Translations under genes and position numbers: made by a program
Notes under the pieces: model-generated
The model's database searches: none
Told to the model about the DNA's origin: nothing
The model's input: the letters and a program-made list of their open reading frames with translations, nothing else
Shown here: positions 28,751 to 38,500 of the stretch, in pieces
Layout of the letters: each line of letters begins with the position of its first letter
How positions within the stretch are numbered: position 1 is the first letter of the stretch
DNA from: Acidobacteriota bacterium
GTDB taxonomy: Bacteria; Acidobacteriota; Terriglobia; Terriglobales; SCQP01
Assembly: GCA_021818955.1 (NCBI GenBank)
Contig: JAKASR010000019.1
Location: 5,400 to 69,399 of the forward strand
Direction: 5' to 3'
DNA: 64,000 nucleotides

Positions 28751-29755
28751 TTGCCCTCGACCCCTTACCGCGCCCGCATCTCCGCCTTGGGCAGCTATGT
28801 GCCCCCGCGCCTGCTGACCAACGACGATCTCTCCAAAATGGTGGATACCACCGATGAATGGATCCGCACCCGCACCGGCATCGCCGAGCGCCATCTGGTC
28901 GAGCCGGGCATGGCCACCAGCGATATGGCCGTCGCCGCCGCCCGCGCCTGCCTGGCCGAGCGCGGCTTCGACCCCGCCCGCCTGCGCATGCTCATCCTGG
29001 CCACCGTCACCCCCGACATGATGTTCCCTTCCACCGCCTGCCTGGTGCAGCAAAAACTCGGGGCGGAGAAGTGCTGGGGCTTTGACCTTTCCGCCGCCTG
29101 CAGCGGCTTTCTGTACGCCCTTACTACCGGCGCGCAGATGATCGCCGCCGGCGTCATCGAACACGTGCTCGTCATCGGCGCCGATACCATGTCGAGCATT
29201 ATCGATTACCAGGACCGCGCCACCTGCGTCCTCTTCGGCGATGGCGCCGGCGCGGTGCTGCTCGAACGCGCCGAACCCGGCGATGAAAACGGATTCCTCG
29301 ACTTCGTCCACCAGATCGAGGGCGAGGGCGCGGCTTATTTATATATGCCTGCCGGCGGCAGCCGTTGCCCCGCCAGCCAGGAAACCGTCGCGAAGCGCAT
29401 GCATTACGTCCATCAGGAAGGCCAGCAGGTCTTTAAATACGCCATCCGCAAAATGTACGAACTCTGTAAAGAAATACTTGATCGCAACCGGATCACTCCC
29501 GACCAGCTCGATTGCTTCATTCCCCATCAGGCCAATCAGCGCATCATTACCGCCACGGGCGAGCGCCTCGGCCTCGATCCGGAAAAGATCATCATCAATA
29601 TCGGACGCTACGGCAACACCACCGCCGGCACGATTCCGCTGGCCATGGCCGAGGCGCGCCGGCGCGGGCTGCTGCGCCCCGGCAGCCTGGTTCTGCTGGC
29701 CGCCGTCGGCGCCGGCTACACTGCCGGCGCGACGCTGTTGCGCTGGAGCGTATAA
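28751..29755 (+). CDS. fabH: 3-oxoacyl-ACP synthase III
   Basis: DTTDEWIRTRTGI.ER, AACSGF (catalytic Cys), PHQAN, GNT triad. Confidence 0.96.
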   Translation: MPSTPYRARISALGSYVPPRLLTNDDLSKMVDTTDEWIRTRTGIAERHLVEPGMATSDMAVAAARACLAERGFDPARLRMLILATVTPDMMFPSTACLVQQKLGAEKCWGFDLSAACSGFLYALTTGAQMIAAGVIEHVLVIGADTMSSIIDYQDRATCVLFGDGAGAVLLERAEPGDENGFLDFVHQIEGEGAAYLYMPAGGSRCPASQETVAKRMHYVHQEGQQVFKYAIRKMYELCKEILDRNRITPDQLDCFIPHQANQRIITATGERLGLDPEKIIINIGRYGNTTAGTIPLAMAEARRRGLLRPGSLVLLAAVGAGYTAGATLLRWSV

Positions 29756-29855
29756 ACGGCAGTGCGAAAATGAAATATTCCGCGGCAGGCTGCTAGGCTC
29801 GGCTTCTCGCCCTGCTTTTCTGCAGCTTGCTGCCGGAAGCTGATAGCTTGAAAGC

Positions 29856-30362
29856 ATGCCTCGCCATACCCCGTCTCCGGTTCCGGCCGGCGAAAACGAC
29901 ATTTCCTGGATGCGCATGGCGCTCGAGCTGGCGCAGGGAGCGCAATTGGCCGGCGAAGTGCCGGTGGGCGCGCTGGTGGTGGGGCCGCGGGGCGAGCTGC
30001 TGGGCCGGGGCTATAACCGCACCCTGCTCGAGGCCGATCCCAGCGCGCACGCCGAGATCGTGGCGCTGCGCGCAGCCGCATGGAAGCTGGGGAATCCGCG
30101 CCTGGGCGGCTGCACCCTCTATGCTACAATCGAGCCGTGCGCGATGTGCGCCGGGGCGCTGATTCAGGCCCGGATCGAGCGCCTGGTCTATGGCGCGGAT
30201 GATCCCAAAGCGGGCGCGCTGCGCTCGGTGCCTTCGCTGGCCGCGCATCCCGCCTTGAACCATTCCTTTGCGGTCACCGCCGGGGTTTTGGGCGCGGAAT
30301 GCGGCGAGTTGCTGCGGGTGTTCTTCCGCCAGCGCCGCGCGCCGGAGCGGAGAGATGCGTGA
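29856..30362 (+). CDS. tadA: tRNA adenosine(34) deaminase
   Basis: GEVPVGA, AHAE, LYATIEPCAMC. Confidence 0.94.
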   Translation: MPRHTPSPVPAGENDISWMRMALELAQGAQLAGEVPVGALVVGPRGELLGRGYNRTLLEADPSAHAEIVALRAAAWKLGNPRLGGCTLYATIEPCAMCAGALIQARIERLVYGADDPKAGALRSVPSLAAHPALNHSFAVTAGVLGAECGELLRVFFRQRRAPERRDA

Positions 30363-30438
30363 GTGGTTGAAACGGCTCGCCTCGAAAGCGAGTGTACGGG
30401 GAACCGTACCGGGGGTTCGAATCCCTCTCTCTCCGCCA
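30349..30438 (+). tRNA. tRNA-Ser: tRNA-Ser(CGA), long variable arm; prophage integration target
   Basis: GGAGAGA/TCTCTCC acceptor stem, GCCA end, anticodon arm ctcgc-ctCGAaa-gcgag, GGTTCGAATCC T-loop. Confidence 0.97.
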
Positions 30439-30581
30439 TACTTCTCCTGAGCCAATAACGACGCGGAAAATCTGAGCTTGTCTACCGAGTACCGGAAGCG
30501 TGTATACAGGCGAATTCATCCCCGGAAGTTCTGCGCCGTTTTTGGACTATCAACAGTATTGATAGAGGGAGGAACAATGCC

Positions 30582-31967
30582 ATGTCATTCGAAGATCTGA
30601 GAACCAAGACGTTAATCGCTGAGCGGCTCTGGCGGAAAACACGACCAGACGAAATATCGGCTGGGCTCTACATCCGAGCGAGAGTCGACAACAAATGGAA
30701 GATGGTGACGGCAACCGATCTGCGAGGTGCGGTTTATCCGCAAGGGCGCGGGCGATTTGCTGGCCGCACCATAAACGCGTCCGGCAATTACTACGTTCGG
30801 CTGCAATGTGACGGCAAAAACCGCTGGCTGCCAGTGGGTCCATACCGCGATGCTGCGATCACTCGCCGCGCCGAAATCAAGGCGCGAATTGCAAAAGGCG
30901 ACGCATTGGAATCTGTGGGCGTCCAGGATGGGCGCGTCATCTCGCTGGCCGGCGTCGATCCGTTCCGGGGCGGCGGCATTGTGCGCGTACGCGAGCGGGC
31001 GGAGCAGCAAGCGCCGCTGTTGGCCGAGGCGATTCAAAATTTTCTACAAGCGAAAAGCGACCCGAAACGCGCTGATTTGGCGCAAGGTTCGCTACGAAAG
31101 TATGAATTTGAACTGCTGCAATTTGCGGTATGGTCCGGCAGTCACGGCGTGCGCCGCGTGGAGGACATCGTCTCGCAGGTGGTCGTGGGATTTGCAGATT
31201 GGCGCGATCAGCATGGCAATCGTACGCGGGCGTCCAGGCACAATACGATGACGGTCGTATCTGGCTTCGTCCGGTGGTACCAAAGGGAACACGGGTTGCC
31301 CGTCGTCTCACCGCTTGGGCCTGATGATTTGCCACGCATCGAGACGCCGGAGCCAGAAGCTTATTCAGACGACGAACTGGAACGTCTATACGCCGCATCA
31401 ACTGAGCACGACCGCCTCGTGTGGCGTTTTCTTGCGTTGACAGGTCTGCGGGAAAATGAGGCCGTGCGCCTGGAATGGCGCGATCTGGACTTGGAGCGCG
31501 GAGTATTAATCGTCCGGCCACACGAGGCGACGCATAAGCGGCAGCATTATCGCCCGGAGCATCGGATCAAAGATCGCGAGCGCCGACAAGTGCCGATAGA
31601 AGGATCTCTGGGCGCAGAGTTGGCAGCGTATCGGCAGCAGACGCAATACCCGGATGATGACGATTTGGTTTTTGCGTATAAGGGTGGTACGGATGGCCAT
31701 CTGCTGCGCCGCCTAAAAATAACGGCCAAACGTGCAGGAATCGCCAGCGCATACCTGCACAAATTTCGCTCGACGTTTATCTCTCGCCTAATCCTGGGGA
31801 CGGATATTGACCCCCTGACCGTCGCGCAGTGGGCAGGTCACAGTGACCTGTCGATCACGATACGCCACTATCTGGCGCGGCGAGACGCTGGCAGCCAGCG
31901 GGCGCGGGATGTTATCGCCCGGGCGTTTGGCAGCGGGAAAACGGATGCCGCGACGCAAGCGTACTAA
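30582..31967 (+). CDS. Tyrosine integrase
   Basis: LTGLRENEAVRLEWRDLD (R), HKFRSTF (HxxR), WAGHSD (H), TIRHY (Y). Confidence 0.93.
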   Translation: MSFEDLRTKTLIAERLWRKTRPDEISAGLYIRARVDNKWKMVTATDLRGAVYPQGRGRFAGRTINASGNYYVRLQCDGKNRWLPVGPYRDAAITRRAEIKARIAKGDALESVGVQDGRVISLAGVDPFRGGGIVRVRERAEQQAPLLAEAIQNFLQAKSDPKRADLAQGSLRKYEFELLQFAVWSGSHGVRRVEDIVSQVVVGFADWRDQHGNRTRASRHNTMTVVSGFVRWYQREHGLPVVSPLGPDDLPRIETPEPEAYSDDELERLYAASTEHDRLVWRFLALTGLRENEAVRLEWRDLDLERGVLIVRPHEATHKRQHYRPEHRIKDRERRQVPIEGSLGAELAAYRQQTQYPDDDDLVFAYKGGTDGHLLRRLKITAKRAGIASAYLHKFRSTFISRLILGTDIDPLTVAQWAGHSDLSITIRHYLARRDAGSQRARDVIARAFGSGKTDAATQAY

Positions 31968-32103
31968 ACTACGGGAACTGGTGGCCGACCATAGGCGGCG
32001 AAGCCGCAGCCATGGGCGGCCACCGGGGCTTCGCATAATCCCCGACAAGCGAAAAAAGCCTGTTAAACATCGAAAGCTACAAAAAATAACGCTCTACGAT
32101 GCC

Positions 32104-32259
32104 CTATAAACGCCGATCTCGGGGCGGCTGATACCTGAGCATCTCCCGGATTGTTGCGATCAAGTCGTCTAGTGCAGCTTTTCGTTCGGGCGATCCGAGT
32201 GGCAGCCGTTTAATTTTATTTGCCAATCGCTTGAGCTTTCGACGCTCGCGCCAACCCAC
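32104..32259 (-). CDS. 51-aa basic hypothetical protein (missed by the ORF track)
   Basis: GTG start 2 nt after the upstream TAG; VGWRERRKLKRLANKIKRLPLGSPERKAALDDLIATIREMLRYQPPRDRRL. Confidence 0.5.
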   Translation of the reverse strand: MGWRERRKLKRLANKIKRLPLGSPERKAALDDLIATIREMLRYQPPRDRRL

Positions 32260-32261
32260 AG

Positions 32262-32519
32262 CTACTCAGCCTGCCGCCGGTCGCTGCGGTCGCTGCGTAC
32301 ATCGGATCGTAACTCGCTGAGGTCGTTGCGCAGGTTTTGTATATCGGCGGCAAGGTGTGGTATATGATTCGTCATTATTTGAGTTACCTGGGCTGCCAGA
32401 CTGGCGATACTCGATTCAACCGCTGCGAATCGGCGCCCAAGCCACCACATGCCCGCGCCTAGCGTAGTGACAATTACTACAGCCGGGGCTAGCAGACCAA
32501 TAATAATGGATGGTGTCAT
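32262..32519 (-). CDS. Small TM plus coiled-coil protein (holin-like or XhlA-like)
   Basis: N-terminal TM, then heptads; NHIPHL motif. Confidence 0.6.
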   Translation of the reverse strand: MTPSIIIGLLAPAVVIVTTLGAGMWWLGRRFAAVESSIASLAAQVTQIMTNHIPHLAADIQNLRNDLSELRSDVRSDRSDRRQAE

Positions 32520-32684
32520 TTAGCTTGCGGCTCCCGTAGCCGACAATATACGGCTTCTACGAAATTCAACGTCTGCCAGGCGGTAAAAGCTGCAGACACG
32601 TAAAAAGCTGCGTGGACAAGAGTGGTCACAATAAAGGAACGGAAAATCGTCTTTTACAGTATTGACTAAGGGGTAAACATTTTT

Positions 32685-33467
32685 ATGGATTACAAAAACG
32701 ACGGGAAAAGCTGGGGTTACTGGAAACAAGTAACTAATGAGGCGTCGCTACGGTCGGCGGACGAGGGCCGAGAAGTTGATGCACTGCTCAGCGCCGAGTG
32801 CTGGGCGGATGGCGCTCGCGACGAGTTTGGGGACGTGATCAGGCGAGACGTGGAGGGATTTTTGCGCTGGGTACATAAGCTAAGCGAGCGCGACCAGGAA
32901 ATTCTGTGTAGCTATTGGCTCCTGGGGAAAGACCAGACGCAGATCGGCCAGCTGGAAGGCGTATCGCAGACGCGGATGAGTACAGACTTGCGGCGCGCAG
33001 CACTCAGGTATGGAGCTCTGCTGATGTTTGGCTGCGCGGCGGAAGATGTCGAGAGCTACGCGAAAAAAATAGAGCCGGTGCTGGCGACCATCGGACGTGC
33101 TGATGATGCCCTGGCCGTAGCTGAGCTGATCGGCGGCTCTAGCAGTGACGAAATAGCGGAACGGCGCAATATGCGACCACCTGAGCTACGCCGCCGGCTG
33201 CGTAAAATTTGCGCGACGCTCGCCGGTGACAAATTTTTATCGAGCGAGCACGGAGTCCCGGATATCGCCGACCGGAAACAACTGGCGCTCTGGACAGTGC
33301 TCGAAGACTCGATTGAGGGCCACGGCCACGGCTGGTGGCTGCGCGGGGCGGATGTGCTGGTGGCGCAAGATCCCGAATGTTTGGGGCAGTTTGAGATTCG
33401 GCTCGGCTGCGAGGGCTACGACAAGCTGTTTACGCCCCGCCGGATGGAGGCGTGGGCGATGGGATAA
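32685..33467 (+). CDS. Sigma-70 region-4-like HTH protein (possible phage transcription factor)
   Basis: LSERDQEILCSYWLLGKDQTQIGQLEGVSQTRMSTDLRRA fits the region-4 pattern; second HTH-like segment SSDEIAERRNM. Confidence 0.65.
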   Translation: MDYKNDGKSWGYWKQVTNEASLRSADEGREVDALLSAECWADGARDEFGDVIRRDVEGFLRWVHKLSERDQEILCSYWLLGKDQTQIGQLEGVSQTRMSTDLRRAALRYGALLMFGCAAEDVESYAKKIEPVLATIGRADDALAVAELIGGSSSDEIAERRNMRPPELRRRLRKICATLAGDKFLSSEHGVPDIADRKQLALWTVLEDSIEGHGHGWWLRGADVLVAQDPECLGQFEIRLGCEGYDKLFTPRRMEAWAMG

Positions 33468-33503
33468 ATTGATTTGTGTCGACGCAGTATGATATAAAGA
33501 CGC

Positions 33504-33752
33504 ATGACAAAAAAATGTTTGTTTTGCGCCGACAAAAAATCTCAAGTCAAAAATTTGATGGCTGACAGTAATGTATTACGTGAAGCCGTCAGGATGTCCG
33601 ATGAACCATCAGACGAAGAATCCATGGCATGGTTTTTAGGGTTTGAATCAGACGAAAATATAAAGCAGCAGCTAGGCGCTAACGCAAGAGAGGTCATTCG
33701 TCTGAGAGACGAAATCAAAAATTGCTTCGCAAAAGGTCATCCGCAACAATAA
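33504..33752 (+). CDS. Hypothetical phage protein
   Basis: 82-aa ORF, CxxC at the N-terminus. Confidence 0.5.
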   Translation: MTKKCLFCADKKSQVKNLMADSNVLREAVRMSDEPSDEESMAWFLGFESDENIKQQLGANAREVIRLRDEIKNCFAKGHPQQ

Positions 33753-33760
33753 AGTAAACA

Positions 33761-34171
33761 TCAGGTCTTTGCTGGCGGAATCCCGTTACGTACCAGTTCC
33801 GCGGCGGCCTCTTTTGCCTGGACAATGCAATCGTCGCCGTAGTAATTACCTACGTAAAACGAGAGCGCCGCATGCTGCTCGCCGTCGAGTGTGTTGTCTG
33901 TGCGGATAGACAATGTGCCGCGGCGATAAGGCGCGGTTAGGTTGCGGTTGCGGTTTTCGCGCCACGCGAGACGAACAGGTGCCGGGTCTTGGCATTCGGG
34001 TGCTGCTGATGGATGAACGGGCAGCGGGGTCGTCCGGTCTTCCAAGTCATCGATATCGTCGATATCCAGCGTAGCGATTTTTGCAGCGATCTCATCCGCT
34101 GTAAATTTCGCACGGCCACCATGAAGCGAGTCGTCCGAATACAGATCGTCGTATTTTGGCAAAAAAGACAT
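33761..34171 (-). CDS. Hypothetical phage protein
   Basis: 136-aa ORF with AGGAG RBS. Confidence 0.6.
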   Translation of the reverse strand: MSFLPKYDDLYSDDSLHGGRAKFTADEIAAKIATLDIDDIDDLEDRTTPLPVHPSAAPECQDPAPVRLAWRENRNRNLTAPYRRGTLSIRTDNTLDGEQHAALSFYVGNYYGDDCIVQAKEAAAELVRNGIPPAKT

Positions 34172-34226
34172 GTTTTTCTCCTGATAAAAAATGTTGGGCC
34201 GGCCGCAGGCACCGGCCCTAGTTTGG

Positions 34227-34949
34227 CTATGCGCTGACTAATGAGTCGATGTCATCGACGGTTGCGGCGGTCTTTTTCAGGCCACTAGTGGCACCGAAAA
34301 CCTTTAGCTGCTGTGGCGTTGCGTTGCGGCCAACTTTGCCGCCCAGCTTGTTGAGCTCCGGGGCGGCCAGGGCTTTGACTTTTTCGTCGTCGCCCGCTTG
34401 GCGATACCTGGGCGGCGAGCATGCCGCTTTGTAATCGTAGCGCCGACCGTCGAAGCTGATGAGGATGTCGACGTCCGCTGGCGTTGAGCCTTCGGGTGCG
34501 ATGTCGCTGACGGCTCGAAACGCCTGCTGCCCCATCGCCAGATATCCGACCTGGTAAGCCAAGGGCGTGTCTTTTGGCAGCTTGCCAGTCACTGGATCAG
34601 CATTTGTGTACTGGATAGCGACGGCAGCGACCGAATATCGTGCTGCGTTGCCTCCCAGGCACAGCGGGCAGCCAGTACCCGAGCACCGGAAATTACCCTT
34701 CGTCTGGCCGCTCTCGATCCAATGGACACGTCCGGCGCGGGGCTTTACGCCCGGGATCAGGGCGACCCGGATTTTTTTGTTGGCTTCGGGCTTGAGTCGG
34801 TTGAGCCCGTCGCCTACCCGACCTACTTCCTCGTCGCCCCAGCTGATCGAGTCAGCGTCCGGATTGTTGTTGTTGTTGTTGGTGGTGTTGGCGGCGGCGC
34901 TTGGCGCTAAAACGTCAAGATCGTCGTCAAATGTTGGCAGTGTGTTCAT
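34227..34949 (-). CDS. T4 gp32-like zinc-binding ssDNA-binding protein (start placed at MNTLP)
   Basis: H-x12-C-x4-C-x2-C (VHWIESGQTKGNFRCSGTGCPLC), acidic C-terminal tail. Confidence 0.6.
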   Translation of the reverse strand: MNTLPTFDDDLDVLAPSAAANTTNNNNNNPDADSISWGDEEVGRVGDGLNRLKPEANKKIRVALIPGVKPRAGRVHWIESGQTKGNFRCSGTGCPLCLGGNAARYSVAAVAIQYTNADPVTGKLPKDTPLAYQVGYLAMGQQAFRAVSDIAPEGSTPADVDILISFDGRRYDYKAACSPPRYRQAGDDEKVKALAAPELNKLGGKVGRNATPQQLKVFGATSGLKKTAATVDDIDSLVSA

Positions 34950-35010
34950 CGTCGTTTTCCTTTTTGCGGGGGTTGCCCACACATAAGGGGTCAATAGTCA
35001 AAATACTTTC

Positions 35011-35032
35011 TGACTTTCGCGTCCTTATATAG
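35011..35032 (+). promoter_or_regulatory. TGACTT-N11-TATAG box upstream of the HTH/primase operon
   Basis: Same motif as at 44905, 49347 and 61289. Confidence 0.6.
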
Positions 35033-35066
35033 ACGCTCAATACTGATTCACCGAAAAAAAATAGTA

Positions 35067-35255
35067 TTGGGGAAAAGGAGGCTTCATATGGGACGGAAAA
35101 AAAGAGTTGATCCGCGGGACACAGTCATCGCACAGATGCTGTCGCAAACGAGGCTGAGCGTGAAGCAAATCGCGCAGGCGCTGGATGTAAGGGTATGGCG
35201 CGTGTATAGCGTAGCGGCGAACCAGGGCATTCCTATGCGCCGGGGCGTGAAGTGA
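35067..35255 (+). CDS. Small HTH protein (Cro/excisionase-like)
   Basis: LSVKQIAQALDVRVWRVYSV HTH pattern; stop overlaps the primase start. Confidence 0.65.
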   Translation: MGKRRLHMGRKKRVDPRDTVIAQMLSQTRLSVKQIAQALDVRVWRVYSVAANQGIPMRRGVK

Positions 35256-37783
35256 TGGCCGCCAAACCACTTCCAGGGTCTGTCACTGGCGAGCAATTGC
35301 TTTGGCAAATCGAATACGCCCGGTCTATTCGACTGCTACACCCCCGAAATAACGATGGCGAGCTGATCGACATCAGAATAAAGTACCCGCAAAGCGCACC
35401 GCAGCGTGTGGCTGACCGGGTATTCCGCGGCATACAGGATGCGGCAGCTTATGTCCAGGAGCAGTGCGCCCAGTACGACGTAGAGGCCGTGTGGCAGGGG
35501 CTGAATCATATCCGACAAGACTCCGATATCGTGTCCAGGGGCGTCGCGGACGCCGACATAGACTACTACACCAACCTGCTGATCGATCTCGATCCTGATC
35601 GACCCGCCGATACCAACTCCACGGACGCCGAATTGGCGGCTGCTGCGGAGTCTGCGCGGCGCATAAAGGATGGATTAGGCGCTTTAGGCTGGCCGGAGCC
35701 GATAGAGGCCATGTCCGGTAACGGCCATCAGCTAGCTTTTCGGATCGATCCTCCGATTGCAAATACGTCAGAAAATAAAGAGATGGTGAAAGCCGTCCTA
35801 AACCGGCTAGCTGATATTTACGATACCGAAGCTGTGCATGTAGACCGCAAGGTATACAACCCCAGCCGCGTCGTAAAACTCTGGGGCACCATGACGCGTA
35901 AGGGGCCAGATTCAGCCGAGCGTCCACAGCGTCGATCATCTATTTTGTCGGTTGCGTCGCTGGATTCCGTGGTGACGGCGGAACAGCTACGAGATTTTAT
36001 CGGCGGCTATACGCCGCAGGCTGCGGGGCAGCGGGCTGCGGTGGCGAAGCCGTCTGTGCTGGTGCCTGGCGGCAAAATCCAACAAGGAAACAGAAATGAC
36101 ACGATGTTTCGTCTCGCCTGTGTGTTACGAAATCAGGGACTCGCAGGCCAAGCGATTTGGGACGCCGTAAAAGCCCAAAATAAGGCTGTTTGCGAGCCGC
36201 CGCTGAGCCAAGACGAGCTCAGAGAGACGGTGAAAAACGTCATTCAACGCTACCCAGCGGGCGACCCAGCGGCGTGGAAAGGTCTGGACGATCAGCGGCT
36301 GCCAGTAGATGAGACCGAGCCGGAGTTCGTAGCTGCTGCTGCTGAGACGGCAGAGATGCCGGCACAATTAATCGAGACCCTGCTCCCGCTGCACGACACC
36401 GGCAACGCTTTACGCTTCGCGCAGCAATGGGGCAGCGAATACCGCTATTGCCCTGAGCGGGGCTGGATGCGGTGGGACGGCTCCCGCTGGATAGAGGACA
36501 AAGACGGCGCGATTGTGCGAGCGGCGACCGAAACGGCAGACGAAATAAACGACGAATTGTTAGCCGCTACGCCGTTCGCTATCAAAAGTGCGGCTACTGC
36601 GGCCAGCATTGCGCCGGAGAAACTAGCGGCAAAATGGGCAAAGTGGGCACACGATTCGCATAGCCGCGGGCGCCTAGACGCAATGATTGAGCTGGCCAGA
36701 TCGCGTCAGGGCATCACTGTACCTATTGAGCGGTTCGACGCTGATCATTGGCTGCTTAACTGTCAGAACGGGACGCTTAATCTGCGAACGCTAGAGTTCA
36801 AAGAGGCGCGACGGGACGATCTGATCACCAGACAAGCGCCGGTAAGCTACGACCCGCAGTCAAAATGTCCTAGGTGGCAGCGGTTTTTAAAAGAAATCTC
36901 CGATGGACGCGATGAGATGCCCGGTTACCTGCAACGTCTTGCCGGTCATTGCTTGACGGGCGACACCTCCGAACAATCGTTCTGGATCCTTTGGGGCGAC
37001 GGAGAGAACGGTAAGGGCGTATACCGTGACACGATTCAGTCGCTGCTGGGCTCCGACCGCGACGGTTATGCGGTAGAGGCACAACCCAAGTTTTTTATCC
37101 GTCGAGATGCGCCTGGCATACCATCCGAACTTGCGTCCTGGAAGGGCGCACGGTTGGTGACGGCCGCCGAACCGCCGAGTGGAGCGCCAGCCGATGAGTC
37201 GCTGATCAAATCACTGACCGGGCAGGATATGGTTCGTTGTCGTTTTTTATTCAAAGAATATTTCAGCTACCGCCCTACATTCAAGATCCTGGTCTTGGCC
37301 AACCGCCCGCTCAGCATCCATGATTCCGATCACGGCGTCTGGCGACGGCTTAGGTTGTTGCCGTTTACGGCGACCTTTACTGGTGAGGCCAGAGATAAAG
37401 AGCTCCGTCAAAAGCTACAAGATGAACTACCCGGCATCCTGAACTGGGCTATTGAAGGTTTGCGTCAATGGCAGGGTGCCGGTCTTGGCATGCCGGCATT
37501 TCTGCGCGAAGCGACCGAAGGCTATCGTGCCGAGGAAGACCGTATTGCGGCATTTTTAGCACAGCAAACCGAACCCAACGGTGAAACGCAAGCAAACGCA
37601 TTGTACACTACCTATTCATTTTGGGCGGAAGAGCGCGGCGAAAAACCGCTGAGTATGCGCCGATGGAGCCAGGCCCTGCGTAGCCACGGGGTCTTAACCC
37701 GGACGCTACATGGGCGCACGCTGCTAAATGTGCGCTTGCGGACTCAGGGTGCGGCGCTTTCTGTAGACGAGATTACGTCTTAA
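35252..37783 (+). CDS. Primase-helicase (AEP-like primase, PriCT-1, D5/P4-type SF3 helicase)
   Basis: LLIDLD and MSGNGHQL primase motifs; GNRNDTMFRLA PriCT; DTGNALRF, LLNCQNG; Walker A GDGENGKG. Confidence 0.9.
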   Translation: MMAAKPLPGSVTGEQLLWQIEYARSIRLLHPRNNDGELIDIRIKYPQSAPQRVADRVFRGIQDAAAYVQEQCAQYDVEAVWQGLNHIRQDSDIVSRGVADADIDYYTNLLIDLDPDRPADTNSTDAELAAAAESARRIKDGLGALGWPEPIEAMSGNGHQLAFRIDPPIANTSENKEMVKAVLNRLADIYDTEAVHVDRKVYNPSRVVKLWGTMTRKGPDSAERPQRRSSILSVASLDSVVTAEQLRDFIGGYTPQAAGQRAAVAKPSVLVPGGKIQQGNRNDTMFRLACVLRNQGLAGQAIWDAVKAQNKAVCEPPLSQDELRETVKNVIQRYPAGDPAAWKGLDDQRLPVDETEPEFVAAAAETAEMPAQLIETLLPLHDTGNALRFAQQWGSEYRYCPERGWMRWDGSRWIEDKDGAIVRAATETADEINDELLAATPFAIKSAATAASIAPEKLAAKWAKWAHDSHSRGRLDAMIELARSRQGITVPIERFDADHWLLNCQNGTLNLRTLEFKEARRDDLITRQAPVSYDPQSKCPRWQRFLKEISDGRDEMPGYLQRLAGHCLTGDTSEQSFWILWGDGENGKGVYRDTIQSLLGSDRDGYAVEAQPKFFIRRDAPGIPSELASWKGARLVTAAEPPSGAPADESLIKSLTGQDMVRCRFLFKEYFSYRPTFKILVLANRPLSIHDSDHGVWRRLRLLPFTATFTGEARDKELRQKLQDELPGILNWAIEGLRQWQGAGLGMPAFLREATEGYRAEEDRIAAFLAQQTEPNGETQANALYTTYSFWAEERGEKPLSMRRWSQALRSHGVLTRTLHGRTLLNVRLRTQGAALSVDEITS

Positions 37784-37910
37784 TGGCGGCGCTGGCGCTT
37801 GTTGCTGACACTCTACAAGCACCGGCTTGCGTCCACTAGGCGCAAACACTACGAAATACCGCAATTCGCCCTAAGTTGTCCCGCCAACACCCGCATTACG
37901 TTTTTTCGTA

Positions 37911-38181
37911 GGGTGGGCAAGGGTGGGCATTGGGTGGGCATTATTGAGTTGCCCACCCCTTCTAAGTTATTGAAAACAAAGCAAGTGGGTGGGCAAGGTG
38001 GGCAAGGTGGCCTTCTTTTATATTTATCGCGTATAGAAATGAGTTAGATATATATAGGCATAATTATAGGATAGGTAATATACGGAAATTGCCCACCTTG
38101 CCCACCCTTGCCCACCTCAGCCTTTAAAATGAGAGACTTACGATTACGCGATGCCCACCCAATGCCCACCCTTGCCCACCC
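37911..38181. repeat. Putative phage replication origin: TGCCCACC iterons in inverted arrangement around an AT-rich core
   Basis: Perfect 31-bp inverted repeat 37911-37941 / 38151-38181; about 12 iteron copies; IHF-like site at 37963-37975. Confidence 0.8.
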
Positions 38182-38260
38182 CGATATGTGCCGAAATTTC
38201 GTCATGATTTTCACAGCTTGTGAAAATCTACAGTAGGCGTATGCTCGTTTTGGTTCTGAG

Positions 38261-38479
38261 GTGAGCCGAAACATGAAAATTGCGCAATCCGATCAACAAT
38301 GTATGGAGTGCCGGTCTGCGTCAAAAGCTAGATTTGTCATGACTGGCGTCAACATGGCCGTCGAGGTAACGGACTCTGAAGGGAAGCGCATCGGTTTGCT
38401 ACACGCCGAGTGCAAGGAATCATGGATATCCAAACATGATGGTGGTGTAGAAAAAAAGTACAAGTACCAGCCGGCGTAG
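38261..38479 (+). CDS. Hypothetical protein, possible zinc finger
   Basis: CMEC...HAEC. Confidence 0.5.
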   Translation: MSRNMKIAQSDQQCMECRSASKARFVMTGVNMAVEVTDSEGKRIGLLHAECKESWISKHDGGVEKKYKYQPA

Positions 38480-38500
38480 CTTTTGTATTAAAATCGTGCC

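Noticed and set aside
32520-32729. Minus-strand 69-aa ORF as an excisionase
   Set aside because: Its stop is coupled to the next gene, but the start overlaps the divergent 32685 gene and no HTH is recognisable
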